A stretch of DNA of 64,000 bases from Octopus bimaculoides (GCF_001194135.2 NC_068982.1:64991839-65055838); one strand, 5' to 3'; numbered from the stretch's first letter, positions 12,191 to 24,773 are shown. The notes: a model not told the origin generated them from the letters alone. Program-made: numbers and translations.

Positions 12191-15100
12191 AGTGAAATGA
12201 TATTGGGCTGACAGTCAAAACACTTTGTAACCTGTCCAATATTTAATGTGTCCATGGCCTTAATTGCTGACTCACTACATACATCTAGCTATATAATGAA
12301 AAGCCATCATGAAAGGCATAGTTTACATCTCTTTAAGCAAATTTATATTTGATAACAATCTAATACAAATAAATTTTTATGAATTTTCTTTTTTAAAAAA
12401 TTCTATTGAAATAACTTTATTCAGAAGAAGCAAAATTTCATATTTTGGAATATATAACACCTGTTTGAACAATTTCTGTACTAATATATAATACTTGTGT
12501 GTGTGTATCTTATTGCTCACACCATGATGGCACTTTGTGTGCCTGAAAGAAATTTTATAATAGGGTTGGCAAAATACATTACAAAGCTGATGTACAATTT
12601 AACATTTTCACTATGAAAATTATTTTTAATGCACCATCTGTAATATTCATGATAATATAAGAAAATGTTGAATAGTTACACTCAAGCTAAAGTCCCTATT
12701 TAATAGTGACTTCATTTTTCACTTTGATTTATGTATCTTTTATGAAATATAAATATGCATGTGTGTGTGTGTGTGTGTGAAAGAGTGGAGTGTTTTTTAT
12801 AAAGCCAATCCATTTCATTTCTAGATCCAATCTTAGTATGACAATGTCATACTATGTATCAGAAGATTCATCAGGGTGTACTAGAAAGGTTGCTTTATCT
12901 CTAGCAAGGCCAATGAGCCTCCTCTGTGTTGTCTGTTTGTTCAAAGCAAACATGACCAAGAAGGTAAAGGAAGAGAGAGTGTGTGTGTGTGTATGTGTGA
13001 AGGGTAAACAGTGATAGAAGCAAGAGGATGGTAGGGGAGGGAGTAATGAAGGAGAGACAGTGACAACTTATTTGGTTATGGATAAGGAGATTGAATGGGA
13101 ATACAGCACAAGCAGTATGATGAGACAATGATAAAGACGGGTGATGGTGAGAATGGTAAATGTTAATGCAAAGTGTCATGCGAGAGAGAGAGATAGCTGC
13201 AAGTATCCCCTCTATCGAGATCTAGAAGTGTGAAGTCTTAGAGTTGAGGTACATCTGAAAACGGGCCTATTCATTGAATAGCTGCCAATTCTTAACAAGT
13301 GTCACAAGTTCACATTCTCATATAGTCCATAGTTGAGGATTTAGCGCCTATGCCTCCTGAAACTGAATGCATTTTAATATTTAGCGCAACGATTTGCTCT
13401 AAATTTACATCTCAATTAGAAAGTAATAATTTCAAGTTTTCCCTCCCTCAACAAAGAGAGAATGATGTAAGGGAGATAACTAAATTATCTTTCCGCACGC
13501 TTTTCATTTTACTGAATTTAGGGGAGACTACTTTCGAAAAATTTACATTAAGATTATTATTGTTAGGTAGTAACACCTTCACACACACGCGCACCCAGTG
13601 GCTACTAGATATGCATGGATGGTAGTGTTGAACTGAGTGGATGAAGTGTTACAATTGAAAGAAAGTGTAGTTTTGTGTAAAATGCATATCAGAACAACTC
13701 GTGTATTTTGCAATAATTATATCATTTTCTAGTATTACTACACCCTCAAGGCTAAGCTTACTCTTTGGGACTAAAAACCACTTCAATTTTGAACAGCTAG
13801 TGATCCTGTGTGAGGCATAAGAGTGTCCCACAAGAGAATACTGTTAGCACGTTTGGTATATATCTACTATTGGACAAATATTCTAGATGACATTCTAACT
13901 CAAGAACACTACAATAAATGGCATCCAAAAATCAAACCTTTTTTCTTGTTCCATTTAAAACAAATAATTATAAATATTGTAATTATATCTTTTTGTAGTT
14001 TGATTTATTGATGTCAGTTCTTTTTTTTTAAACCAAGATTGCAATTTTTCAACTGATTTTGATGTATGAAAGATCATCTATTGTTTGAAAAACAAAGAGT
14101 TTAGATAAATAAATTTGACATATGGATAAGCAAAAGTTTATATTTCCCACTCATAAAACCACAACTTAAGAGTAAAATGAAAAAAAAATGTATTTTACTT
14201 TAACTTTTCAGACTTTTAGACAAGGTCAAGATGTAGTATTTACTTCAATTGTTTGTAAAACAAATGTGTATATAGCTTTTCACTCTGAATGTAAATATTT
14301 TGTTATCTACTACTGCCAATATATACTGGCAAAAATAGCTTATTGAATAAGGCTACCAAGTTACTAAGTCATTTTGTTTCATTGTGTTTGTAAAACAATA
14401 TTTGATCAAATCTATGAATAATTGCAATAATATAAACTGGCATCCTGCACTGTGGCAAATATTCATCTATTACATAATACTATTTCAAGGTTAAACATAA
14501 GCTTTATGCCATATAAGTAGCTTCTGAAAACATATTCTTATTTATATATGTACATGTACTTGTTTCAAACCAGGACTGCATGAATGTCAACCAAACTGCT
14601 TAACCATTCAGTCAAAAGTAAATGCAGTATGGCCAAATAGTTAAGGAGTTCCCTTTGCAATCATGAGATCCCAGGTTCAGTTCCATTCTCTGGCACCTTT
14701 GGCAAATGTTTTTATGTAGTCTCAGGTCAAAGTTCATTGAATAGATTGTACCAGACATAAAAAAAAAAATGGCACAACCTTGTTAAACTAACATGCTGAT
14801 TCTGCCTGACACTTACATTAAGGGTTCATGTGTCTATCAAATACTCAGTCACTTATAAGTTAATTTAGGATTAAGTAAGTCCGCTGATCAAACAACTGAT
14901 TCCTCATTGTCACATGGCAGAGATCTACCACTTCATGTATTCATATAATATACTTGTGCACATGGTGACACAATGGAAAATTGCAAGATGAAGGACTGCG
15001 GTGGTGAGTATGGTAACATGAAAGACCCTGGCCAGTTGCATGTGAGTGTATGGGTGGTAATATAAAGAATCACAACAGGTAATGTGGTGAAACAAAAAAA

Positions 15101-15732
15101 CTGGCAGTTGACTACAGTGAATGGCATGGTGAGGTTGGCAGGTGTTTGTGGCAAGACAAAAGAACGCGATGGGTCATGTAGAGAAATAAAGGATCAAAGC
15201 AGGTTGTAGTGTCTACATGTTTAGGAGTGGAGTCTCTCCAAATATAGGCTGAGATAGTTCTGCTCTGTCATTGAATGTAGTATTGCTGGTGACGGAATAC
15301 ATTCTATAAAGTAGGTGGTGATAGGAAAGCATCCAGCTATGGAGACCCTGCCAAGTAGTAATGTATTCGAGTGAAATGTGAAGTGCAGACCACATCAGAG
15401 CCTACATGGGTAAGAGAGTAATAACTCCAGAAAAAGAACTGAGTATAGTGATCTGCTCAATACGTGTCAGCATAGAAAATGAGAGTAAAAATGGTGACGA
15501 TAATGAATATATTTCATTATATATATTCATATAGATATTTATACTATATCAATATTTATATGATGTAATACACTCATACAGGCACACACCAAACTTAGAC
15601 ATGGTTAACACTCCATATATATATATATATATNNNNNNNNNNNNNNNNNNNNNNNNNNNNNNNNNNNNNNNNNNNNNNNNNNNNNNNNNNNNNNNNNNNN
15701 NNNNNNNNNNNNNNNNNNNNNNNNNNNNNNNN

Positions 15733-15880
15733 GGATTGCAGTCCCTCCAGGTCCAGTGTATTTAATGGGTACTGCATTTAGTGTTGCATGGTGATAGCAC
15801 AAGGCTTGAAATATACAAGTGGGCTGAAAAGAATAACATGCAGTTTAATGCTGAAAAGTTTCAAGCCTTGTGCTATCAGC
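15733..15880 (+). mobile_element. CR1/L2-type LINE reverse transcriptase fragment
   Basis: Translates to EIYKWAEKNNMQFNAEKFQALCY, the typical W..NNM.FN..KF motif after the RT palm. Confidence 0.75.
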
Positions 15881-15949
15881 CTTGACACATTTCCTGTGTC
15901 CTTATGTTTGCGAGGGGGAGACAAGCTCCTCCACCCAGCCTAGCCAGCA

Positions 15950-15992
15950 TTCAGGGACATGTTTCTGAGTCTTTGCTCGTCATCAGCCTGAA
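15950..15992 (-). ncRNA. Minimal type-I hammerhead ribozyme motif (Penelope/retrozyme-like)
   Basis: The minus strand reads UUCAGG-CUGAUGA-CGAG-CAAAGA-CUCA-GAAAC-AU-GUC-CCUGAA. It has a perfect 6-bp stem I, both core boxes, stem II (3 bp plus a C.A pair), palindromic ACAUGU at stem III and a GUC cleavage triplet. Confidence 0.8.
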
Positions 15993-16914
15993 GTAGCATC
16001 ACCAGCTAGTTGAAGAAGTCTGTTTAACACTTGCAAACATATATTATTTCAGTGAAACACATTCACTGATTACAAAAATTAGAAATAATACATTTCTAAA
16101 TCTCTCAGAGAGACTTAAGCAGTAGTGATGCAATAAAGTAGTTATATACTGCCAACTTAACGTGACAGTCCCAATAAGGGAATATGCTATACACACACAC
16201 ACACATATATATATATATACATACATATTCCACACCCTCATGAAAATTTCTTTCATTTGATTCAGTAAGATGGATTTTATATGCTGAGATGAGAATGTTA
16301 TGATATTGAAGATATTTAAAAAGAAAAAAACCTTTATAAAAATATTGACAACACAGATCCTTCATTTCGTAAATTGGGCTATTTATAGATTTGCAATAAT
16401 TATTAGAGAAACTGAAAAAAAATATGAAGGCATCCTCAAAAATCTTACATTCATTTAAATATGTAAAACAGGCAAATAAAAAAAACATATAAACTTAGTT
16501 TAAATGTTATTTTCTCTTTGTAAAGCCTAGAATATGAATGTCTTAACTGATCCAGCCATCAATTTGCTAGTCAATATTGAATAATATTAAGTCAGTGAGC
16601 TGGCAGAATCATGAACATGCTGAGCAAAATGCTTAGCAGCATTTCATGTCTTTGTTTTGAGTTCAAATTCCACCGAGTTTGAATTTGCCTTTTATCTTTT
16701 GGTGGGGGCCGATAAAATATGCACTAGTTGATCCTCGAACTTGCTGGCCTTGTGCCAAAACTTGAAATCAATATTGAATGACATATTTCATTGTTACTCC
16801 TAAGGTGCCAGCTTTGATCCATGAAGCCTATAAATAACGTCACTCTATCAATGTCGTTTGAGCTTTATTTTTTTATTACTTTTTGTTTTGTAATACAACT
16901 ATATTACTTTATTA

Positions 16915-17290
16915 TCTTTTGCTTGTTTCAGTAATCACATTATCACCCAGCTGGAGCACCGTCTTGAAGGGTTAAGTCAAACAAATCAACTCCGGTACTT
17001 ATCATTAAGTCTGGTACTGTTTCCATCAATCTTTTTGCCAAGCTGCTAAATTGTAGGGACTTAAACCAACACTGGTTATTAAGTGGTGGTAGGGAGAAAC
17101 ACTAGGTGACATGCATACATATACATATATGCACAATGGAGTTCCACACAGTTTTCATTTACCAAACTCACTAATAAGGCATTGGTTGGCCCATGGCTAT
17201 AGTAGAAGACATGCCCAAGCTGCTGAGCAGTGGGACCGAACCCCAAACTGCGTGGTTACTAGGCGAGCTTCTTAACCACATAATCATGCC
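16915..17290 (-). mobile_element. tRNA-derived SINE, most abundant family (tail ...ATGACTGAAACAAGTAAAAGA)
   Basis: Homologous to the better-preserved copies at 35526-35937 and 41408-41893. Confidence 0.75.
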
Positions 17291-18309
17291 TCTTTCATTT
17301 TTTAAAGACAGTCTGGTATGATTTGTGAGTAATTTGGCTGATATGTCTAGCAGGACAAATGACTCTATAAGAGTGCTCTAGTTTTGTCTTGAGAAGTTAC
17401 AGATTATTTTCTGAATTAAAACCGTTAGGCACAAAAACCTGTACTATTAAAGAACAGCTTATCTTTCCATCATTGATTCGCGATCATTCCAAAAGAAAAA
17501 CATTAAAGTTAATTAACACTTCAACAAATTCCAAAGTGATGAAATGTTAAAAACTTTCGGAATTCTCTCTCTTCATTGAGCCAACGTAAAGTTTGTGGCC
17601 ATTTTATTTTTCTCTTCTGTGGAGAGAGAGAGAAAGCAATTGGTTCGATATTGTGTCTTATTACTTTTATTGACCTGATATATTACAGGCAGTTGTAATG
17701 GCAACCTGCTTTATTACTAATATTTATATGTAATACTGGTATACTTGTATCTACATCTACAGAGTAAATGACAAGGCTGAAACAAGTTATAATTTAAACA
17801 AAGAATAAAGTGTTGGTTCAAATGTTTTATTTTCTCGACCATAAATATGCCACAGCCTTTACCGAAATGCAATTACATCTCGTTCATGTCTTATGTCTGT
17901 ATCTGCCTTAACCACCAAGACTGAATAAGAACGCTTCACAGTAAAACGTTGGTTCAAGGGAGGTAACTACATGTAGGTAGCTCACAAAAATATAAACGTT
18001 TACTCACCCTTACATAATTTAATCATAATCTGTTGCAAGACTTCAGAGATTTTGACCTGCTTCCTTAAAAAATATAGTTTTGCTACTAATTTATTTCATA
18101 TTGTGTTTTTTTTTTTTTATCTCCAGATATGTGGGGGAAAAAATGTATTTCGGAATTGTAATTATTTGACAAACGTCATTTGTTTCCCCTTTGTTTTTTA
18201 AAACCCAATAAAGATTTGAAATGGAAAAGTGAAGGGAATAAATAAAACTTGCACCACGCGCGCGCGCGCTCACTCACTCGTGTGTGTGTGACTTTGTTTC
18301 AACTAAATC

Positions 18310-19990
18310 GCATGTGTACTTTGGTCTTAGATCCAGGATATTCCCTACCAGGATTAAGGAACTGGAGGCTTTTGGAAACAAAGGCCTCTAGCATTATACC
18401 TAGGCTGAAATTCCATTCTCTAAGTAAACTTTCTCTAAGTAAACTTTCTCTAAGTAAACTTTCTCTAAGTAAACTTTCTCTAAGTAAACTTTCTCTAAGT
18501 AAACTTTCTCTAAGTAAACTTTCTCTAAGTAAACTTTCTCTAAGTAAACTTAAACCAGCTTTTTGTACACTTGAGGATTCTGACAGAGCCTTACTATTTT
18601 TTCCAGACAAGACTAAGAATTTGTGCAAGATAGATAATGATACATATGCATAGCTATTAAACAGCTTCACACAAACATACAAGAAGATGGCCTCTCAAGC
18701 CTTTGACAACGTTTACTATGAGGCCAAAGAGATTGTTTCTAGACTAGGAATCGGAGATAGGGTAGAAACACTAGTAGGAAGAAGGCATTTATAGCAATCA
18801 AAGATCATAAACCAAATGACATCTAATCAACCCTGCACGTTCAGAGATTGGCCTGGTAAACAAGCAGCTCATTAGATGGATCAACAACACTTAGCAAGCC
18901 TCCAGCCTTGTCCTTTGATACAATGCCAGTGAAGTTTAAAAACTTATAGTGGTAGGAGTAAAGCAAGGTTTACCTAATTTGATATAATGGATTTTTATCT
19001 GTCTAAATCGAGGCAGTTATATAGAGCACTGAATTTTGCTAGGGTCTACTGAAGTTAGAGAAGAGGACATAAGCCTTATCATGCATGCCAGAAAAAACCC
19101 TGCTTTTCAACAAGGGATTGACCTGGACCAAATACCTTGATTTCTCTAGGTCTCAAGGTTACAACAGAAACTAATCTGGAGATAGTTGACTTCCTTGATG
19201 CAATCTTAACCTTAGATGCTGGTGCCATAAGCCTTTTAGGAAGCCAAATGAGAGGCTTACATATATTAATACAACTTCCTGTCATCTAATCATAGTGTTC
19301 AGGAACCTAGTGAATGGGCCAGCAAAAGAATCTCCAACCAGTCTTCAAGTAGAGATTTTTGATATCACTGCCCCATACTATGAGTCCCTGACTGCCAGCA
19401 CTTTTAAAGATAGAATTAGTTAAACCCACAAAGAAAAAACACCACTAGAAAGCATAAAACTTGTGTAGGTAAGATCTTTCTTAGCTTAGTGGAATAACAT
19501 TCCACATACAAATAGGTGCCACAAAATATTATCTAGACATACTTTGAAAGTTTCTTTTAGCAGTGCATCTAGTATAAATAAATTAGTAAATAGGCCTACA
19601 CCTGAAACAGAGGTAGGATGCTCATGCAGAAGCAACATCACATGTCCTTTTAAAAGCCACTGTGATGCAGAGAGCATATACGAGGCAGAAGTGATGTCAA
19701 AGGACTCACTCCAGTGGGCAGTGAAGCATTTGGAAGTATGGGAGAAGGACAGAAGGTCCTTTCAGAACCAGATTTAATAACCATGATTCCTCCTTCAGAA
19801 TCCAGGAGAGACCATATATGCCCTGGCTAGGCATGCATGGCTGTTGAAGGAAAGCACCATGGATTACAACTTCAAGTGGAGTGGAAAGGTGGAAGCCTTA
19901 CTTCAACAGTATCATATATAAAACTCCACCTTCTCTGACATATTGTTTATGCAGAAAAATTGTCAATAGTAATTTCTTATATTGTAAAGC
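18310..19990 (+). mobile_element. Decayed Penelope-like retroelement (RT plus GIY-YIG region)
   Basis: Interrupted frames give PDKTKNLCKI, AFIAIKDHKP, NPARSEIGLVNK, DFYLSKS, LKVTTETNLEIVDFLDA, RKPNERLTYINT, RISNQSSSREIFDITAPYYE, HKILSRHTLKVSFSS and CSCRSNITCPFKSHCDAESIYEAEV. These follow PLE RT/linker/GIY-YIG motif order. Confidence 0.9.
18416..18550. repeat. Perfect tandem repeat (TTCTCTAAGTAAACT)x9
   Basis: Nine identical 15-mers counted directly. Confidence 0.95.
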
Positions 19991-20299
19991 TATGGATGCG
20001 CATCAAGTGCACCTCTTGTGCATCTATAGTTTACATGAAATTACTATCTACAATTTTTTTCTGCATATTAAGCATAGCCATTTCCCTTATGACAGCACAA
20101 TGCTATCTTCTTTCCAACTAATTAGTCTTTTTTTAGTTTAATTTGAGGCCTCTTGATTCTGTGTTTTGCTTCTATATCTGGAATTTCTTCTCTAAATCTC
20201 CATTAAATTTAGCTGCTGAACTAGGTTAAAATCATAGAGGTGTTCCCACCAACAACTAGTCTTAAAGTTTTTTTGTTATAGACATGAGGGAGTTGAGAA

Positions 20300-20720
20300 C
20301 ATCTTTACTGGCATGCTTAATTCATTATTGAATCATTCCTGTCAGTGCCTCTAGACATGGCTCATACAATCCTCAAAAGCCACCTACATCTAGTTTCTTT
20401 AGCAACAACCAGATTGTGGAGCATGGCCTTCAAATGCCTTCTCCAAGTCAACAAATACTAAATATTAGGGTCTACTCCAAACTATGTACTTCTCCCGCAG
20501 TTGTCTCATCAGGAAGATGGCATCATTAGTATCTGTTCTTTGCACAAAGGTGAACTGCAATTTATCTTGCCTAATTTTGTCTAAATAAATTGTGCCATGA
20601 CTCTTTCTGTGACCATAAGCTATCATACTGTTTTTTCTGTAACTGTATTCTTTTGTCCTTGTAGCCATTGAAAAAGAATAGTTCTGTGCCAGCCACTGGG
20701 TATGACAAATATATGACTAT
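20300..20720 (-). mobile_element. RTE-clade LINE RT fragment
   Basis: LQFTFVQRTDTNDAIFLMRQLREKY followed by LVFVDLEKAF. Confidence 0.85.
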
Positions 20721-21194
20721 AATGATAATAATTCTTTCAAATTTTTGGCACAGGACCAGAAATTTTGAGGGGAGAGGGAAGTCAATTAAATTGACTCCAG
20801 TGTTCAACAGATACTTATTCTATTGACTCCAAATGGATGGAAGGAAAATTGGACCTCAGAAGGTAAAGAGCCAAAAGAAATGCTGTTAAGCATTTTGTCC
20901 AACATGCTAAAAATCAGCACATTAGTTAATGTCATCATCATCAACAGTAGCATTTTTATATTTGTTTTATCAGTGCTGGCATAGGTTGGATGTGACTAAG
21001 TGAAACAATATTCTATGGCCAGACTCTTGCTAGATCTGATTCCAGTCACCAACTCTTGCCTTTTTGTCTTTTAAAGTATTCTTATTTCACTAGCCTTTAA
21101 TCAAAACCAATGAAACTGCTGAGCTCCAGGACATATTACAGGAGACAAAAATTTATTGTTCAAACAGCATTAAGACATGTGAAAGCAAGCAAGC

Positions 21195-21253
<59 letters not shown>

Positions 21254-21268
21254 NNNNNNNNNNNNNNG

Positions 21269-21307
<39 letters not shown>

Positions 21308-21589
21308 GCTTCCCTACAGTTTCTGTCTATCAAATTTCACTCACAAGGTATTGGTCAAGTTTAGCTTATAGTGGAAGACATTTGTTAAAGCACCTTGCAG
21401 TGGGATGGAACTGAAATCAATGTAGCTGTGAAGTGAACATTGTAACCACACATCTGTGATTAATGAAAAAAAACAAGATGCAAACAACATGATGCCATAG
21501 CATCTCCTCCCGGTACCAGATGGCAGGAGGAAGGAAGTTTATGAATTTTTATTGCTATGTTCTGGAGCAAGGGGTTATGACTGTGGTCT

Positions 21590-21760
21590 CTACAAGCCTT
21601 ATGAGACTTTGAGATTTACATGGCAGACAATCTTCTTGTTTCAAACAGCCACAGGGAAAAATATTCATTGGGAGAGAATTCCAGTGGGTTAATATTCTGA
21701 GGAGGTAAGACTGTGAATAGTGGCTAGTGCAGGACCAAGGGTGACATAGTGTGGAGGACA
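21590..21760 (-). mobile_element. CR1-type LINE 3' end fragment
   Basis: RILTHWNSLPMNIFP resembles the CR1 C-terminal WNSLP..FP motif. Confidence 0.55.
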
Positions 21761-22090
21761 AAAGAAGGAGAGAATAAAGGAGTCAGGAGGGATTCAGTGG
21801 AGGCAAGGACCCAGGAACAAGGATTGCAGGTGGTGCACTTGCACGCACTAAAATTTTTGTGGGGTGCAAAATCAAAATTTGCACCCCTTTCATACTTTGC
21901 CTGGTTTAGAATATAGTGTCTAAAAAGTTGCTTGAAGTTAGGTTTCTTCTCAAAACAAGAACAAAGGGCAAAAATAAATAAATAAATAAAAGTCCATAAT
22001 GTTAACTGATGAAGCTGATCATAAGATTCCCAAGGGAATTCTAGAAAGATATACTACTGAACTAAAGCATCATCAACATTGAAATTAAAA

Positions 22091-22124
<34 letters not shown>

Positions 22125-23200
22125 CTCACCCTAAACCTAACTGGTCCAAACTAGTAAAGACTGGTCCAGACTAGTTGAAACCAGATCAAACTGCTCCTGA
22201 CCGGTTCAGATCAGTTAAGACCAATCCCAACCTGATCAGACTGATCCAAATTGGTTCAAACCAGTGAAAACCAGTTCACAGTGGTCCAAACTGGATCAGA
22301 CCAATGCATCCAACGAATATCAAGCATCATCATAGCTTCAAACATCAAACCCTACCCTAAAACTAAACCCTAGCCTAACTGGTCCAAACTGGTGCAGACC
22401 AATCTAAACTGGTCCAAACCAGATCAGACCAATTCCAAACCAGTTCAAAATGATTCAAACCAGTTCAGACTGACAAAACCAGTTCAAACTAGGGTAAACT
22501 GGATCAGAACGGTCAAAATGAGTTCAAACTGGTCAAAACTCAATCAGACCCATCCAAACCCATTGAAACTGCATCAGATTGGTTGCATCCATCAAACGTT
22601 TTCATCAAACCTGTTCATCAAATTACTTCATCAAACATCATCCAATTAAGTAATCAATTAAACATTTACATCAAACATCTCATCTTCATCAAGCATTTTC
22701 ATCAAACAACTAATTAATTAAGCAAGCAACTTATTAATTGAATAATTAATTAAGCAACCAATTAATTAATTAATTAAGCAAGCAACTAATTAATTGAGCA
22801 AACAAGCAACTAGTTAACTAATTAATTAAGCAAGCAAATAACTAATTAATTAAGCAAGCAAACAACTAATTAATTAACTAATTAATTAAGCAAAGAAGAA
22901 ACTAATTAACAATTAAATAAGCAAGCAAGCAACTAGTTAATTAAAAAAATTAATTAAGTAAACAAGATTAGACTGGTCTAAACTGGTCGAAACTGAATCA
23001 GATAGTTCAAAACTGCATCAGATATTTTCATCAAGCATTTTCATCAAGCAACTAATTAATTAAGCAAGCAACTTACTAATTAACTAATTGAAATTAAGCA
23101 AGCAACTTATTTACTTAATTATCAAAGCAACTAATTATCTAATTAAGCAAGCATCTAATTTAATTAATTGCTTAAATAATTAAATGCTTAATTAATTAAT
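22125..23200. repeat. Composite satellite: CCCTAA-like heads, 10-bp-period arrays (CTGGTCCAAA/CCAGTTCAAA), CATCAA runs and AAGCAAGCAACTAATTAATT arrays
   Basis: 10-mer arrays at about 22141-22310, 22379-22590 and 22971-23020; TAAT-rich arrays at about 22705-22950 and 23045-23200. Confidence 0.85.
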
Positions 23201-23945
23201 ATGATGAAGGTCTTTGCTTGGTGGGTGCCACATCTGACTCTTGATCAAATGCGCACCAGGTTGATCACATTACGGGAATATCTGACATTATTTGAGGCAG
23301 ATCCAACTTGTTTCCTTGAATGTTTCCTAACCTAGGATGAGTGCTGGCTTCATCACTTTGAACCAGAAACAAAGAGGCAATCCATGCAGTGGAAACACTC
23401 CTCTTCACCTGCTCCAAAGAAGGCAAGGTCGTTTCATCTGCAGGGAAGATCAGTTTTTCAGAATGCAAAAGGCATTGTGTTTATTGACTATCTTTAAAAT
23501 GGTCATACCATCAATGGAGAGTTTTATGGCAACCTGCTAAAGTAGTTATGAAAGGTTTATCAAGGCCAAACACTCAGAAAAACTGATAAAGGGGATCTTA
23601 TTTCGTTAGGACAATACTTCAGCACATAAGTCCTTGGTTTCAATGGCTGCAGTGCATGACTGGCTTTGAACCAGTTGGATCACTCTCCCTATTTTAGTGA
23701 TCTGGTTCCATCTGACTATCGTCTGTTTTCCAACATGAAAAAGTACTTGGCTGGGGACCAATATCACTGTGATGATGATGTCTTATCTGCTGTTGATGAC
23801 TTTTTTGACCAACAGGATAGCTTCTTCACCAATGCAATCCAAGGACTGCAACACTGATGGAAGTGTGCGGACAGTAAGAAGAGCTATGTTAAAAATGAAC
23901 TTCATTTGGTCACATTCCATGAGAGTGTCTTGCTCAGCCTCATAA
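23201..23945 (+). mobile_element. 5'-truncated decayed mariner (DD34D) transposase
   Basis: MKVFAWWVPHL, DECWLHHFEPETKRQSMQWKH, GIVFIDYL, DNTSAHKS, HSPYFSDLVPSDYRLFSNMKK and GLQH*WKC, with stops and frameshifts. Confidence 0.92.
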
Positions 23946-24222
23946 TAATAAAAACTATTATTATACCTGCATTTGTATTAGTATTAACATTGAAAAAATC
24001 CACTTTTTTCATTAAAAAATTTTGGACCTGGGTTTGCACATTCGAAGCAAATTTCATTCCCGGACCACAAGGTGGATCATTTTCATGGAGGTTGGGATGA
24101 ATTGCTGTAGAAGAATGCAGTAAGAGGAGATATTTGATTATTTACTCTGTTGCTACTCAAAGTTTAACACTATGTGTAGCCATTCAGGTGCAGTCAAGAA
24201 GAATCATCTCAAGATTCCATGA

Positions 24223-24250
24223 ATGATCATGAAGTGGCAACAGTGTGAAG
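24223..24250 (+). CDS. Candidate first coding segment MIMKWQQCE of an unidentified multi-exon gene
   Basis: ATG at 24223 and donor AAG|gtattt; phase 1 matches the next candidate exon. An in-frame TGA lies directly upstream. Confidence 0.25.
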
Positions 24251-24675
24251 GTATTTTAGCTGTTTCCTAAAAATGCACATGCATGCATTTGTGTGAAATA
24301 ACACAAATGGAATGAGAGGAATAAGAGATTAACAGATGGAGAATGGGGGAAGTTACAACAGATAAACAAAAATTCAAAAAGTGATGGACAAACTGTAAAA
24401 CACAAAATAAATAAATATAAGTTGTACACATTGCAACCAAGCTTTCTCTTCTCAAACCTCAAAATAAACTCCATACAAGCTAAGAAAATAACCAGACATA
24501 CAAAAATCACTCTGCTAAACAAGCAAACTACATAAAGCCAACGTCATTATAAAAGCTATTCCTTGAACCAATGAGTGCCATGTACACTCTCATCCTACCG
24601 AAAGTAAACAGTAAAATCTCAACAACTTTTCCAGTTGTTGGCATTTCTTTTATCTCAATCCTAAATTGTCTTCAG

Positions 24676-24773
24676 ATCATTCATTTGAACATGAATATGA
24701 ACTTTTATTCAGAGTCCATATCGATTGCTCAGCCTTTATTTCTGCTTCAATAATCTTAGATTCTGTGTCACAG
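24676..24773 (+). CDS. Candidate internal exon (D)HSFEHEYELLFRVHIDCSAFISASIILDSVSQ
   Basis: Acceptor cctaaattgtcttcag, donor CAG|gtcagt, open frame, phase 1 to 0. Confidence 0.4.

Noticed and set aside
12825-12963. Exon-like segment ctag|...AAG|gtaaag
   Set aside because: One frame is open, but there is no recognisable protein and no supported partner exon.
18416-18550. CRISPR-like array (also 49026-49101 and 22141-22590)
   Set aside because: These are head-to-tail tandem repeats with no unique spacers, in a eukaryotic context.
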